Source: Candidatus Latescibacterota bacterium (GTDB taxonomy: Bacteria; Latescibacterota; UBA2968; GCA-2709665). From it: a DNA stretch of 64,000 nucleotides. Numbering within the stretch: position 1 is the stretch's first letter; each line of letters opens with the position of its first letter. Location of the stretch: contig CAXXJS010000036.1 in assembly GCA_963662665.2 (NCBI GenBank), forward strand, positions 1 through 64,000, given 5' to 3'. A program made the position numbers and the translations under genes. Positions 1-9,597 of the stretch are shown here, one piece after another. Below the pieces are notes generated by a model. That model saw only the letters and a list, made by a program, of their open reading frames with translations. It had not been told where the DNA came from and ran no database searches.

Positions 1-221
1 GACAGAGGTGCGTACTGAACGACTCCCTTCGGGCATGCGTTCGTCCGCCCCCGTTCCAAGGGATCTTGTGATTCCTTTGAATTCCTCCATAGAGGACGTG
101 GAACGCCTGTTAATCGAAAACACGTTGACGCACGTAACGTCCAACCGGAAGAAAGCCGCCACAGGTGCTGGGTATCAGCGTGCGCGCGCTGCAATACAAG
201 ATCAAGAAATACAGCCTCTAA
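1..221 (+). pseudogene. 3' end of a sigma-54 enhancer-binding (NtrC-like) regulator, Fis-type HTH, with an apparent +1 frameshift near 160
   Basis: One frame reads ...SIEDVERLLIENTLTHVTSNRKKAA to 160. The +1 frame from 162 continues QVLGISVRALQYKIKKYSL-stop (TAA 219-221). Together they form a typical bEBP C-terminal HTH. The gene begins before the window. Confidence 0.7.
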
Positions 222-269
222 TCACAGGAAGTCCCGCACTTGCCGCGCGTCGACCGAAGCGCCGACGCC

Positions 270-317
270 TGCAATAATTGCGCATCGCATTGGACTGTCC
301 GGTGCAAAATTTGCGCC
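270..317 (+). promoter_or_regulatory. paired putative upstream activator sites TGCAA-W3-TTGCG
   Basis: TGCAATAATTGCG at 270-282 and TGCAAAATTTGCG at 303-315, 33 bp apart and about 100-145 bp upstream of a sigma-54 promoter. Confidence 0.6.
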
Positions 318-413
318 AACAGGAACCCGAGAGCGGAGATTATGCGCCCGCCGATTGGAATCGGCGGGCGTAAGTTCTTATATAATAACAATCTATACGT
401 AACCTAAGAAAAC

Positions 414-429
414 TGGCATTAAAGTTGCT
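414..429 (+). promoter_or_regulatory. sigma-54 (-24/-12) promoter
   Basis: TGGCAT-TAAAG-TTGCT matches TGGCAC-N5-TTGCW, with an AT-rich tract (371-410) upstream. Confidence 0.8.
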
Positions 430-667
430 TATAATATGTCGGTGGCGATACCGATGGGATCTCTTAAACCAGTGAAATTCTTCAATAGCCGTTAGTCCAA
501 GGCGGTTATCAACGGTACATTGCCGATCTGGCGGCGGCGATTCCGGCCAAACGGTCTGCAAATATTGCATAGATACCCATTCCGAAATTCGATACAGCGC
601 ATTCGACTCGCGAGAAATAAGGCGCATGACCGGGTCGAACCGTACTCGGGACACCGGTGGTAAGGGT

Positions 668-1216
668 ATGGCGTTCTTTGAAGACGATAACGGCGGTAAA
701 TGGAAGACGCACTTTCACGGCGTGGTCGATTTCCACCCAGGTACAATGGTTGAGAACCTGGAACCCAGGGATCGGATGGGCGCAATCAAGGCACTGGTGA
801 ACCGGTTGCACGGTGCGGGTTGCGTGAACGACAGTTTGCGGTTCCTGCAATCCGTTCTGGACCGGGAAGACCTGGAGAGTACGGTTGTTGGCAACGGCGT
901 CGCGTTTCCCCATGCCCGGTGCGGGTCTGCCGCGCATCTTGGGATGGCGTTGGGGATTTCACCGCACGGCGTGGATTTTCACTCGCCAAGGCATCCTGAG
1001 CCGGTCCGGCTGATCTGCCTTGTGGCGGTGCCCGGAGAGGGCGATATCAGGTATCTGCCCCTTCTGAGCTATTTGTGCAGGCTTTTTCGTGAAGACTTTG
1101 TTGCATCTTTTCTCAAGTCCCGTACTGCCGGGGAAATGAACCGCATGCTTTTGCGGCAGATGAGCCGGCATGGGGCTTTGCCGGAGACGTGCAGGGTGCA
1201 CGCCCCGGCGACGTAA
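668..1216 (+). CDS. PTS EIIA domain protein (Ntr/fructose type)
   Basis: Motif LDREDLESTVVGNGVAFPHAR with the phospho-His. ATG 668 chosen within ORF 626..1216. Confidence 0.85.
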   Translation: MAFFEDDNGGKWKTHFHGVVDFHPGTMVENLEPRDRMGAIKALVNRLHGAGCVNDSLRFLQSVLDREDLESTVVGNGVAFPHARCGSAAHLGMALGISPHGVDFHSPRHPEPVRLICLVAVPGEGDIRYLPLLSYLCRLFREDFVASFLKSRTAGEMNRMLLRQMSRHGALPETCRVHAPAT

Positions 1217-1244
1217 CGCTTTTTATTTTCTGGAGGTCGGACAC

Positions 1245-2096
1245 GTGGCTGGAATATTAATACAGGATAGCGAATCTCTGGATCTCTATCTGCGGGATAT
1301 CTCTTCTTCGGAGCCGCTTAACGCCGAGACAGAGATTGCGCTCGCAGACCGGATCCGGAAGGGAGATCAGCGCGCCCGGGACAGGCTGGTTGCTTCGAAT
1401 CTCCGTTTTGTCGTTAGCGTCGCCAGGGAATACCAGAATCACGGGGTGCCGTTGGCGGATCTCATCAGCGCGGGAAACATGGGTCTGATGACGGCCGCCG
1501 AACGGTTCGACGGGACACGGGGATTCAAGTTCATCTCCTATGCGGTCTGGTGGATCCGCCAGGCCATTCACCAGAGTCTGGCTCAGGATTCGCGCGTTGT
1601 GAGACTGCCCATAAACCGGATCGATCTCCTCCACAATATCGCAAAGGTCTCGCGAGAGATTCGCCAAACGGAAGAGGCAGATCCCGATCCTGAGACAATT
1701 GCGGAAAAGCTCGGCGTTTCGGTGGACATGGTGCAGGATACACTTCTCAGGGCGCGGGACGTATGGTCGCTGGATGCGTCGTTCAAGGACGACGACGACC
1801 ACAGCCTGCTCCATATTCTGCCCGATAGCTCACAGAAAGCGCCCGACCTCGAAGTCGTCGATGAGTCGGTCAAGGATCAGGTCCGGATGGTCCTTGAAAC
1901 GCTCGATGCACGTGAGGCGGAGGTGTTGCGGCTGTATTTCGGGTTGGGAGAAGAGGAAGCGATGACGCTTGAGGAAATCGGCACCCGGTTCAGCCTCACC
2001 CGGGAACGTGTCCGGCAGATTAAGGAAAAGGCTCTCCGGCGACTTCGCCATCCGCGCCGGCGTTTGCAACTCGAGCCGCTGATGGAGTCGGCATAA
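1245..2096 (+). CDS. RNA polymerase sigma-70 family factor (RpoD/RpoS-like, lacks region 1.1)
   Basis: Motifs SLDLYLRDI, NLRFVVSVA, GFKFISYAVWWIRQAI and TLEEIG..TRERVRQI. GGAGG RBS at 1232 precedes GTG 1245. Confidence 0.93.
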   Translation: MAGILIQDSESLDLYLRDISSSEPLNAETEIALADRIRKGDQRARDRLVASNLRFVVSVAREYQNHGVPLADLISAGNMGLMTAAERFDGTRGFKFISYAVWWIRQAIHQSLAQDSRVVRLPINRIDLLHNIAKVSREIRQTEEADPDPETIAEKLGVSVDMVQDTLLRARDVWSLDASFKDDDDHSLLHILPDSSQKAPDLEVVDESVKDQVRMVLETLDAREAEVLRLYFGLGEEEAMTLEEIGTRFSLTRERVRQIKEKALRRLRHPRRRLQLEPLMESA

Positions 2097-2361
2097 GGCC
2101 GGTCCGTCCGATTGCCCGGGGCCGCATTTGCTCGATCTTGTCCATATGGCATCGACGACCCCGGTTGGGGATTACACATGGCGGAGACCGTAATTGGTCT
2201 CCGCCGTTGTTTTTTTCGCGACTTGCGCCAACGACAGGATGTCTTCCGTATCGATAACGGATATCCGGGCAGGGATCACGCTGTAATTCCAATTGTCGCG
2301 AAAATTAAACGGAAATATCAAAAAGCCGCCCGTCTTTTTTTATGGCAGGGTATCGGCGCAC

Positions 2362-2391
2362 TTGACAAATTCCCACAATCAGTCCTATATT
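2362..2391 (+). promoter_or_regulatory. sigma-70 promoter of hup
   Basis: TTGACA-18 bp-TATATT. Confidence 0.6.
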
Positions 2392-2423
2392 CAGGGCAAA
2401 TTCCGGAAAGGGGGTGAATTGCC

Positions 2424-2699
2424 ATGTCGAACAGAACCGATCTAGTCGATGCGATTGCCAATCAGGCCGGCCTGTCAAAAAGGAATGCGGAATCCGCACT
2501 GCGTGTCGTACTTGAAGAAATCGAAAGTTCGCTCAAAAACGGCGAGCGTGTAGCGATTTCCGGTTTCGGTACGTTTTCGGTTGGAACCAGGGCCGCACGG
2601 ACCGGTCGAAATCCCCAGACGGGTGAGACTATTCAGATTTCCGCGGGAAAGACCGTGCGCTTCAGAGCTGGAAAGGCGCTCAAGGACGCTGTCAATTAA
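2424..2699 (+). CDS. hup: DNA-binding protein HU
   Basis: 91 aa with GFGTFSV..RAARTGRNPQTGE..FRAGKALKDAVN. Confidence 0.95.
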   Translation: MSNRTDLVDAIANQAGLSKRNAESALRVVLEEIESSLKNGERVAISGFGTFSVGTRAARTGRNPQTGETIQISAGKTVRFRAGKALKDAVN

Positions 2700-2725
2700 C
2701 CGAAAAGAGTCGAATTTGCCCACCG

Positions 2726-2760
2726 AGCCTCGACAGCACCACGCGATCGAGGCTTTTTTT
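2726..2760 (+). terminator. intrinsic terminator after hup
   Basis: AGCCTCGA/TCGAGGCT stem followed by a T tract. Confidence 0.75.
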
Positions 2761-2858
2761 CTTGACATCGCCTGTTCCCGGGAATATACTGGTCCCCGTG
2801 GACCGGGGCGTTCAGCGACGTCCGAACGGTCGCATGAATGGTTTCTATGGAGACTGGG

Positions 2859-3377
2859 ATGAACGGCCGATTGACCTTCGTTGTCTTGATATTGAGCGCG
2901 GGGTTCGCGTTGGGCTGCAGCGACCGCCTGGCGCAGATGCAGGAGCAGCTTGCGGGCACCTGGGAACTGGAGTCCCGATTGTTGCCGGATGGGACCGTGC
3001 TTCGAAAACCGGACGTCTCGGGCGTGTTTTCGTGGCAGCCGATCGATTCGCGAAAGGCCCACGTGACCCTGAATTTGCTTGTTGACGAGGGCGGCGAAAA
3101 ACCCAGAACATTTGAATTTGCCGCGAGCAAATACGAAATCTCCACCTCTGCAATCACGCGTTCCCGTTATCTGCTGGTCCGCCAGGGTTATCGTTCGTCA
3201 TCCAAGGCGCCAATAACGATTTATCACAAGGCAAAAGTCGAAAAGGGTAAGATTACGCTGGAAGACGGTCTGATTCGCATCACGCACGAGCGAGGGTACA
3301 GCGAGGAATTCCGCGGCGACCGGATGGCTGCATCGTTTCCCGACGTATTCGTGGATACCTGGAAGCGTGTGCGGTAG
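2859..3377 (+). CDS. hypothetical lipoprotein (lipocalin-like)
   Basis: Signal peptide with lipobox ALGC, LAGTWELES motif, GGAG RBS. Confidence 0.6.
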   Translation: MNGRLTFVVLILSAGFALGCSDRLAQMQEQLAGTWELESRLLPDGTVLRKPDVSGVFSWQPIDSRKAHVTLNLLVDEGGEKPRTFEFAASKYEISTSAITRSRYLLVRQGYRSSSKAPITIYHKAKVEKGKITLEDGLIRITHERGYSEEFRGDRMAASFPDVFVDTWKRVR

Positions 3378-3442
3378 ATTGTGTAGAAACAACACGTTCA
3401 AACATGGCATTGGCGCTTGTATCGCTCAAGTGTACATAAGAA

Positions 3443-3609
3443 GCGATTCGCGTCGTTCCCGACTCCGCGCCGCGGAGTTTTGGTATTTTCGAAAGCAAAG
3501 TGTCCTGAATTCCCGTCTGGCGCGTCGGGCCCCGTCGAAAGAATCTCGTTCGAATCGCAGTGGAACCGGAAATTGGAAAGGCCGGACAAATCCCCGAGCC
3601 TTTTTTTTT
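3443..3609 (+). ncRNA. candidate structured non-coding RNA ending in an intrinsic terminator
   Basis: Long imperfect rod (GCGATTCG 3443/CGAATCGC 3558, inner CCCGAC..GCGCC/GGCGC.GTCGGG, GAAA apical loop). It is followed by an AAAGGC..GCCTTT stem and T9. Confidence 0.45.
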
Positions 3610-3842
3610 ATTCGTTTCCGCGGAGCCGGACGACCCGCTCCCCGGACGGTTGTGTATTGCGCCCGCCGAGGGTATTTTGTGAGCATGATCGGGGAAATTG
3701 AAGTGGGTGAAGTATGCCGTCTCCCCGGGATCCGAATTAACCGGGGGCGGACGCAGTGCCGGCTGTGGCGGGTGAGACGCTCGCCGTCTCGGAACGGGCT
3801 TGAGATACGGCCGGCGAACTGGAATCCGTCAGGAGTCTCAAA

Positions 3843-5264
3843 ATGGCAGGTTTTTTCGAACCGCTGAAAAACTTCGAAGTCAGAAAGATGCCCGGGCGGA
3901 AACCGTCGTTCTGGAGACTGGCCGGACCTGGCGCAATTCTGGTGGGGCTTTCGATCGGTGCGGGTGAGATCGTTATCTGGCCACGGATTGTAGCGGAATA
4001 CGGAGCCGGCATGGTGTGGGCGGCCTGCGTCGGTATTTTCCTCCAGCTCTGGATCAACTTTGAAGTGGGGCGGTGGACGGTTGCCACGGGCGAAACGGTA
4101 TATACGGGTTATAGCCGTGTATGGCGTGGATTCGCTCCCGTATTTATTCTGCTGACAATATTCAGCTGGATCGCGCCGGGGTGGGGCCGCGCATCCGGAC
4201 TGGCATTGAAGGCGTTGCTTGTCGGGCCGTATGGTTGGGGTTCCGATACCTTCTGGACGGTAATCACGTTCGCGGGTGTAGCCCTTATTCTTTTCGGGCC
4301 GAAGTTGATTTATCAATCGGTCGAGCGGAGTATTGAACTGCTCGTGGTGGTGGTGACGATCGGCTTGATTGTCGTCGCGTACGCGGTTGGGTCGGCGGAG
4401 ACCTGGGCATCGCTTGGAAGAGGCGTCGTCAATTTCGGTTACATCCATCCGGGAATGAGTGTGAAGGCGATGTTCATCGCCCTCGTATTTGCAGGCGCCG
4501 GAGGTACGGCCAATCTCTTCTACACGTTTTACTTGCGCGATAAACACATCGGAATGGGCGCGCATTTGCCCAAAATGCGGAATCCGCTTCGTGGCCGTAC
4601 GGAGGCGTTGCCCTCCACCGGATTTCGTTTTGAGGAGACGGAAGAGAATATCAGTCATTTCCGGCAATGGTTCGACTACGTGAAGAAAGATCAGATGCTG
4701 TTTTTCTGGGCGTTGAATTCCGTAACCATTTTGCTTTTCATCTTTGGTGCGCTTGCGGTCCTGCATCCGAACGGGGTCGTACCCGCCAGAGGTACGCTGA
4801 TCTGGGACGAAGCCGAGGTCCTGGCAACGGTTTGGGGAGAGGCGGGGAGGTATGTCTTTCTGGTTGTGGGACTTGCCACGCTATTCAGTACGCAGCTTGC
4901 TCTGGTTGACGGGGTATCTCGATCGATCGCGGACATGGTTTATACCAATTTCAAAATAGCGCGGAAGCGGCATTTAAGCTGGTGGTATCTGGTCGTGGCG
5001 GCAACCTGGATCGTGGCCGGTTGCGTGATTACTTATGTAATGGAAGCCCGCGGGGTGAGTGAATTGGGATTCTTGTTCAACGCCGCCTATATTGGCGGAT
5101 TCGCAATGGCGATCTATACGCCCCTGACGCTCTACATCAACCATCGTCACCTGCCCGCGTCCGCCCGGCCCGGATGGGTATGCACCGTGATGATGGGGAT
5201 CGCGTCGCTCGTATACATCGTGTTTGCGGTGGCGTGTCTGATCTGGGAGTTCGGGCGGATCTGA
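3843..5264 (+). CDS. Nramp/YcsG-like APC-superfamily transporter
   Basis: Multi-TM protein with N-terminal GPGAILVGLSIGAGEIVIWP motif. Confidence 0.8.
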   Translation: MAGFFEPLKNFEVRKMPGRKPSFWRLAGPGAILVGLSIGAGEIVIWPRIVAEYGAGMVWAACVGIFLQLWINFEVGRWTVATGETVYTGYSRVWRGFAPVFILLTIFSWIAPGWGRASGLALKALLVGPYGWGSDTFWTVITFAGVALILFGPKLIYQSVERSIELLVVVVTIGLIVVAYAVGSAETWASLGRGVVNFGYIHPGMSVKAMFIALVFAGAGGTANLFYTFYLRDKHIGMGAHLPKMRNPLRGRTEALPSTGFRFEETEENISHFRQWFDYVKKDQMLFFWALNSVTILLFIFGALAVLHPNGVVPARGTLIWDEAEVLATVWGEAGRYVFLVVGLATLFSTQLALVDGVSRSIADMVYTNFKIARKRHLSWWYLVVAATWIVAGCVITYVMEARGVSELGFLFNAAYIGGFAMAIYTPLTLYINHRHLPASARPGWVCTVMMGIASLVYIVFAVACLIWEFGRI

Positions 5265-5280
5265 GGAGGAAGCCTCGAGC

Positions 5281-6327
5281 ATGTCCCCCGACGGCGAGAT
5301 ATTCCGGGTGGCCCTGACCGCCGACTTTTACGATACCGGCGGTACCTGCAAGTTCAGAGATATGGGTCTGTCGGTATTTGACGGCCAGGCCCATATTCGA
5401 ACCTCCGTGTTCGACGTGCATCGCCCGGAAATCGGGGTTGACCAGCTGAGGGACGTACAGGGCCTGGTCGTACTCACGCCGGCGGTGACCGCCGAGACTG
5501 TGTCGGCATCGAACGACTTGCTGGGGGTCGGCCGGTTCGGTGTGGGGTACGATTCGGTCGACGTGGGGGCCTGCACCAAGGCCGACGTGGTCGTGTTCGT
5601 CACGGCAGGCGCGGTCGACCGTTCGGTGGCTGAGGCGACCGTGGGATGGATGATTGCGCTGACCCACCATATGCGCGTCAAGGATCGGCTGGTGCGGACC
5701 GGCGAGTGGGATGATCGAACGCGATATATGGGACGCGAGTTGAGAGACCGTACGTTCGGGGCCGTGGGACTGGGCGGAATCGCACGGGAGACGGTTCGGT
5801 TGTTGGGTACGTTCGGCATGAATCCACCCCTGGCGTTCGACCCATACGTCGATCCCGGTGTAGCCCGGAAGCTGGGAGTGTCGCTTGTTTCGCTCGAGGA
5901 ATTGGTTTCGACCTCGGATTTTGTATCGATCCATTGTCCGTTGACCGATGAGACGGAAGGTATGATTGGCGTGCGAGAACTGACCATGATGAAGCAGGAC
6001 GCCTATCTCGTCAATACGGCGCGGGGCGGTATTGTGGATGAGGATGCGCTGTTCGAGGTCCTGGAGGCTGGCGCCATAGCCGGCGCGGCGCTTGACTGTT
6101 TCGCGTTGGAACCCGTAGTGGAACCCCAACGATTCGGTCAGTTCGATTCTGTTTTGCTCGCGCCGCATTCGGTAGCCTGGACGGATGAACTGTTTCGTGA
6201 CATCGGACGTGCGGTCTGCCAGGGCATGGTCGATTTGTCACTCGGGATGCGCCCGCGGGGCGTGGTGAATCCGGAAGTATTCCAACGCGGCGGCTTTCAG
6301 GAAAAGTGGTCGCGGCTGCAAAGGTAG
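5281..6327 (+). CDS. D-isomer specific 2-hydroxyacid dehydrogenase
   Basis: RFGVGYD, VGLGGIA, SIHCPLT, VNTARGG, LAPH. Confidence 0.9.
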   Translation: MSPDGEIFRVALTADFYDTGGTCKFRDMGLSVFDGQAHIRTSVFDVHRPEIGVDQLRDVQGLVVLTPAVTAETVSASNDLLGVGRFGVGYDSVDVGACTKADVVVFVTAGAVDRSVAEATVGWMIALTHHMRVKDRLVRTGEWDDRTRYMGRELRDRTFGAVGLGGIARETVRLLGTFGMNPPLAFDPYVDPGVARKLGVSLVSLEELVSTSDFVSIHCPLTDETEGMIGVRELTMMKQDAYLVNTARGGIVDEDALFEVLEAGAIAGAALDCFALEPVVEPQRFGQFDSVLLAPHSVAWTDELFRDIGRAVCQGMVDLSLGMRPRGVVNPEVFQRGGFQEKWSRLQR

Positions 6328-6396
6328 TGAAATTTGGGGATGACACCGCCTGAAGACAGGTCGTTTGAAACGCACACACGCGGAGAAGGGGAGATT

Positions 6397-7872
6397 GTGT
6401 CCGATACCATCAGAATTCATCCGGAAAACAGAAAAGTCTTCGACTACCGTGGACGCGCCCTGGTGCTGGTTTGTGCGACCGAACACTACGGGGCAGTAAT
6501 AAACAGGCCGTTTCGGTTTGAACGGTACCTGGCGGACGCCGCCGAAAGGGGGCAGACCCTTACAAGAATGTTTACGCTGTTCAGAGAGTTGCAGACGCCC
6601 GTAAACCCATATTCAACGTGCAAGCCTGAATCACCGGACTATATTGCGCCGTTTGAACGGACCGGCCCCGGAAATGCACTGGACGGCCAGCCCAGGTACG
6701 ATCTGACCCGTTGGAATAATGAGTTTTTCGAGCGGCTGCACTCATTTTTGTCTCTTGCGGAGACGTACGGGATTATCGTGGAGGTGGTACTCTTCAGCAA
6801 CACGTACAAGGATGAGGTCTGGGCGCTGAATCCCCTGAATCCCGCCAATAATATTACAATGGATACACCGGAGCCGCCAGTACCCTGGCAGGAGTATATG
6901 ACGTGCCGCCGGAACGACCTTCTGGACTGGCAGCGCGCGCACGTGCGGCGTATCGTGGAGGAAACCAACCAGTACGGGAACGTAATTTACGAGATCTGCA
7001 ACGAACCGTGTTTTTTCCCCGATACGGATGATTTGCCCGGATCCGAGGAGGTGAACGGCTGGCAGGCACAGTTCATTGCGCAGATCCGCGAGTTGGAGAG
7101 CGGGATGCCGAACCGGCACCTGATCGCCGGACAGGAAGCGATGACGATCAGGCCGTTCGATCAGCCTTCCGACGGATCCTTCGAGGCGATGGACTTCGAC
7201 GTCGTGAATATTCACCCGTTGCCGAATACCCTGTGCGACGGTCGGAGTTACGATCTCGGCGACTTCATGTCCAAGCAGCTCAAGTTGCGGCCGCTGCGTG
7301 ATTTCACGCTCGCAACCTATGGACGGCCGAAGCCGCTCAACCACGATGAGGACAACATCGCGACGCAATACAAGGAGTTCGAAGGATGGACGGTGCATCG
7401 CAAGCGGGCCTGGACCGCGCTTTTTTCAGGGGCGCACTACGATATGATAGACTTTTCCATCCTTCCGTACCTTGAGGCCGGAACCCCCGACTCCCGAAAT
7501 GGGATTCGAAGTTGGATGGGCCATCTGTCGCGCTTTATCCATTCGATCGATCTTGCCAGGGCGCGCCCCGTCATTCCGGGCTGGTTACAGAAACGCCCGG
7601 ATCATACCGTTGAATCGGTGTTCGCAGTAGCATGCGAGGACTATTGTATCTATCTCGCCGACGGCCGCGAACGGGAAGAAGCCGGATGCGGCGAACCGAT
7701 CGAGGGAACACTTGCCTTTCATTTGCCGGCCGGAGCTTACGAGGTGACCTGCTTTTCGCCGGCCGACGGCGTTTATTCTCCCCGTATCCCTCTCGGCGGG
7801 GGCGAATTGCGCAATGTTGTATTGTTGCCGTTTCGGCACGACATTGTGATTCGCATCAAAAAAGCGGACTAA
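6397..7872 (+). CDS. GH5-like TIM-barrel glycoside hydrolase-like protein
   Basis: Acid/base motif YEICNEP, PLNHDE and a beta-rich C-terminal domain. GTG start follows GGGGAG. Confidence 0.65.
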   Translation: MSDTIRIHPENRKVFDYRGRALVLVCATEHYGAVINRPFRFERYLADAAERGQTLTRMFTLFRELQTPVNPYSTCKPESPDYIAPFERTGPGNALDGQPRYDLTRWNNEFFERLHSFLSLAETYGIIVEVVLFSNTYKDEVWALNPLNPANNITMDTPEPPVPWQEYMTCRRNDLLDWQRAHVRRIVEETNQYGNVIYEICNEPCFFPDTDDLPGSEEVNGWQAQFIAQIRELESGMPNRHLIAGQEAMTIRPFDQPSDGSFEAMDFDVVNIHPLPNTLCDGRSYDLGDFMSKQLKLRPLRDFTLATYGRPKPLNHDEDNIATQYKEFEGWTVHRKRAWTALFSGAHYDMIDFSILPYLEAGTPDSRNGIRSWMGHLSRFIHSIDLARARPVIPGWLQKRPDHTVESVFAVACEDYCIYLADGREREEAGCGEPIEGTLAFHLPAGAYEVTCFSPADGVYSPRIPLGGGELRNVVLLPFRHDIVIRIKKAD

Positions 7873-7875
7873 TGC

Positions 7876-8685
7876 ATGGGACGACTGGATGGACAGGTCG
7901 CCTGGGTGAGTGGGGGCGCATCCGGAATGGGGGAGGCCACGGCCGAACTCCTCGCCGCTAAGGGCGCCCGGGTTGCCGTTGTCGACGTTCAGGCGGACCG
8001 CGGCAAACGGGTAGCGGACCGCATTGCGGAACAGGGTGGAGAGGCGATTTTTCTGTCATGCGACGTGGCAGAAGAAGAACAGGTTCGTGACACGATCGAA
8101 GCGACCGTGGCTCGTTTCGGCAAGTTGCAGACCGTAGTCAATTGTGCCGGCATCGTACACGTTGCGTATCTGCATGAATATTCCGCGACGGATTGGGACC
8201 GGTTGATGGGGGTCAATCTCAAGTCAATCTTCCTCTCCCTCAAGTACGGCATTCCCTACCTCCGGCGGCACACGCGCAGCTATATTGTGAATATCGGATC
8301 CGTCGGGAGCTTTATCGGTCAGGCTGAAACCCCCGCCTATACCGCGTCCAAGCACGCGGTGCTGGGATTGAGCCGGTCGATTGCGCTGGATTATGCCGTT
8401 GACGGGTTGCGCTGCAACTGTATCTGTCCGGGTATTACGGATACACCCATGTTAAGGTACCATCTGAACACGACACGGGATCCGGAGGCCACACTGGCGC
8501 AGCGTCTGCAGCGCGTCCCTACAGGCGCAGTGATCAAGCCGGCCGACGTTGCGCGGGCGGCTCTTTACTTCTGCTCGGAGGCGTCCGCCGGGATCACCGG
8601 CACCTCCCTGGTGATCGACGGCGGGTATATCGCCGCGGCGGAGTGGGAGACGCCCCGTCCGACGCGATTTACGGAGGAGCCGTGA
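7876..8685 (+). CDS. SDR family oxidoreductase
   Basis: SGGASGMG, VNCAG, YTASK. Confidence 0.9.
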   Translation: MGRLDGQVAWVSGGASGMGEATAELLAAKGARVAVVDVQADRGKRVADRIAEQGGEAIFLSCDVAEEEQVRDTIEATVARFGKLQTVVNCAGIVHVAYLHEYSATDWDRLMGVNLKSIFLSLKYGIPYLRRHTRSYIVNIGSVGSFIGQAETPAYTASKHAVLGLSRSIALDYAVDGLRCNCICPGITDTPMLRYHLNTTRDPEATLAQRLQRVPTGAVIKPADVARAALYFCSEASAGITGTSLVIDGGYIAAAEWETPRPTRFTEEP

Positions 8686-9518
8686 ACACCAGACTTGCGT
8701 GCTCGGATTTTACCTTTCCCCTGCTTCCGCACGAAGGGGCGCTGCAATTGGTTTCCCTGCTGGGTTTCGAGGGCGTGGACATCGGACTCTTCGAGGAACG
8801 CTCTCACTTGTGGCCTTCACGTGAGTTTCAAGACGTACGGCGCTCCGCGCGCCTGCTGAAGAAAAAACTGCACGACCTGGGACTGGAGCCGGCCGACGTC
8901 TTTCTACAGATGGCCCTGGATTTCGTGCCCTATGCAATCAACCACCCGCAGCGCGCACGGCGTCTGAAAGCGCGGGAATGGTACCTGAAGGCGCTGGAGT
9001 ACGCCGCCGAGTGCGGGTGCAGGCACGTGACGACATTGCCGGGTGTACACAATCGGGGCGAGTCGCGCGCCGACTCGTTCGGCCGGGCGGTCGATGAATT
9101 GAACTGGCGTGTGGCGCAGGCAAAGGAACACGGCATCGTATTCGGCGTTGAGGCGCACGTCGGTTCCCTGGTTCCCCGGCCGAAATCGGTTGAACGACTC
9201 GCGCAGGCCGTTCCCGGCCTGACATTGACGCTGGATTACACGCACTTCACGAAAATCGGCCTGCCGGATTCGGATGTGGAACCCCTGATGAAATATGCCA
9301 GTCACTTCCACGCGCGCGGCGCGCGCCGTGGCCGGATACAGACGTCTTTCGATTACAATGTAATTGACTACCGGCGGGTCGTCGAAGTGATGAGGGCCTG
9401 CCGATACCAGGGATGGCTGGGCGTTGAATACGTCTGGATGGACTGGGAGAATTGCAACGAATGTGATAACGTATCGGAAACTGTAAGGTTCCGCGATTTC
9501 TTCAGGTCGATGGATTGA
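8682..9518 (+). CDS. sugar phosphate isomerase/epimerase (xylose isomerase-like TIM barrel)
   Basis: VEAH, LDYTH, HFHAR, GWLGVE. The GTG start overlaps the SDR stop (GTGA). Confidence 0.85.
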   Translation: MNTRLACSDFTFPLLPHEGALQLVSLLGFEGVDIGLFEERSHLWPSREFQDVRRSARLLKKKLHDLGLEPADVFLQMALDFVPYAINHPQRARRLKAREWYLKALEYAAECGCRHVTTLPGVHNRGESRADSFGRAVDELNWRVAQAKEHGIVFGVEAHVGSLVPRPKSVERLAQAVPGLTLTLDYTHFTKIGLPDSDVEPLMKYASHFHARGARRGRIQTSFDYNVIDYRRVVEVMRACRYQGWLGVEYVWMDWENCNECDNVSETVRFRDFFRSMD

Positions 9519-9597
9519 AAGAAAAAGGGAAGACATCGATCCAACGTGGGTCGTGCGGTCCTTCGAGGCCGCATGGACGCCACTGGGTTTTGCCCTA

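Noticed and set aside
3405-3420. Possible second sigma-54 promoter TGGCATTGGCGCTTGT
   Set aside because: The -12 element is misplaced and lacks the conserved GC.
3561-3567. T-box-like TGGAACC before the terminator
   Set aside because: No recognisable stem I or antiterminator pairing, and the downstream gene is not clearly amino-acid related.
3426-4766. Long antisense ORFs (also 34585-35586, 43912-45087, 50317-51315, 53095-54447)
   Set aside because: Shadow ORFs opposite well-supported genes in GC-rich DNA, with no recognisable motifs.
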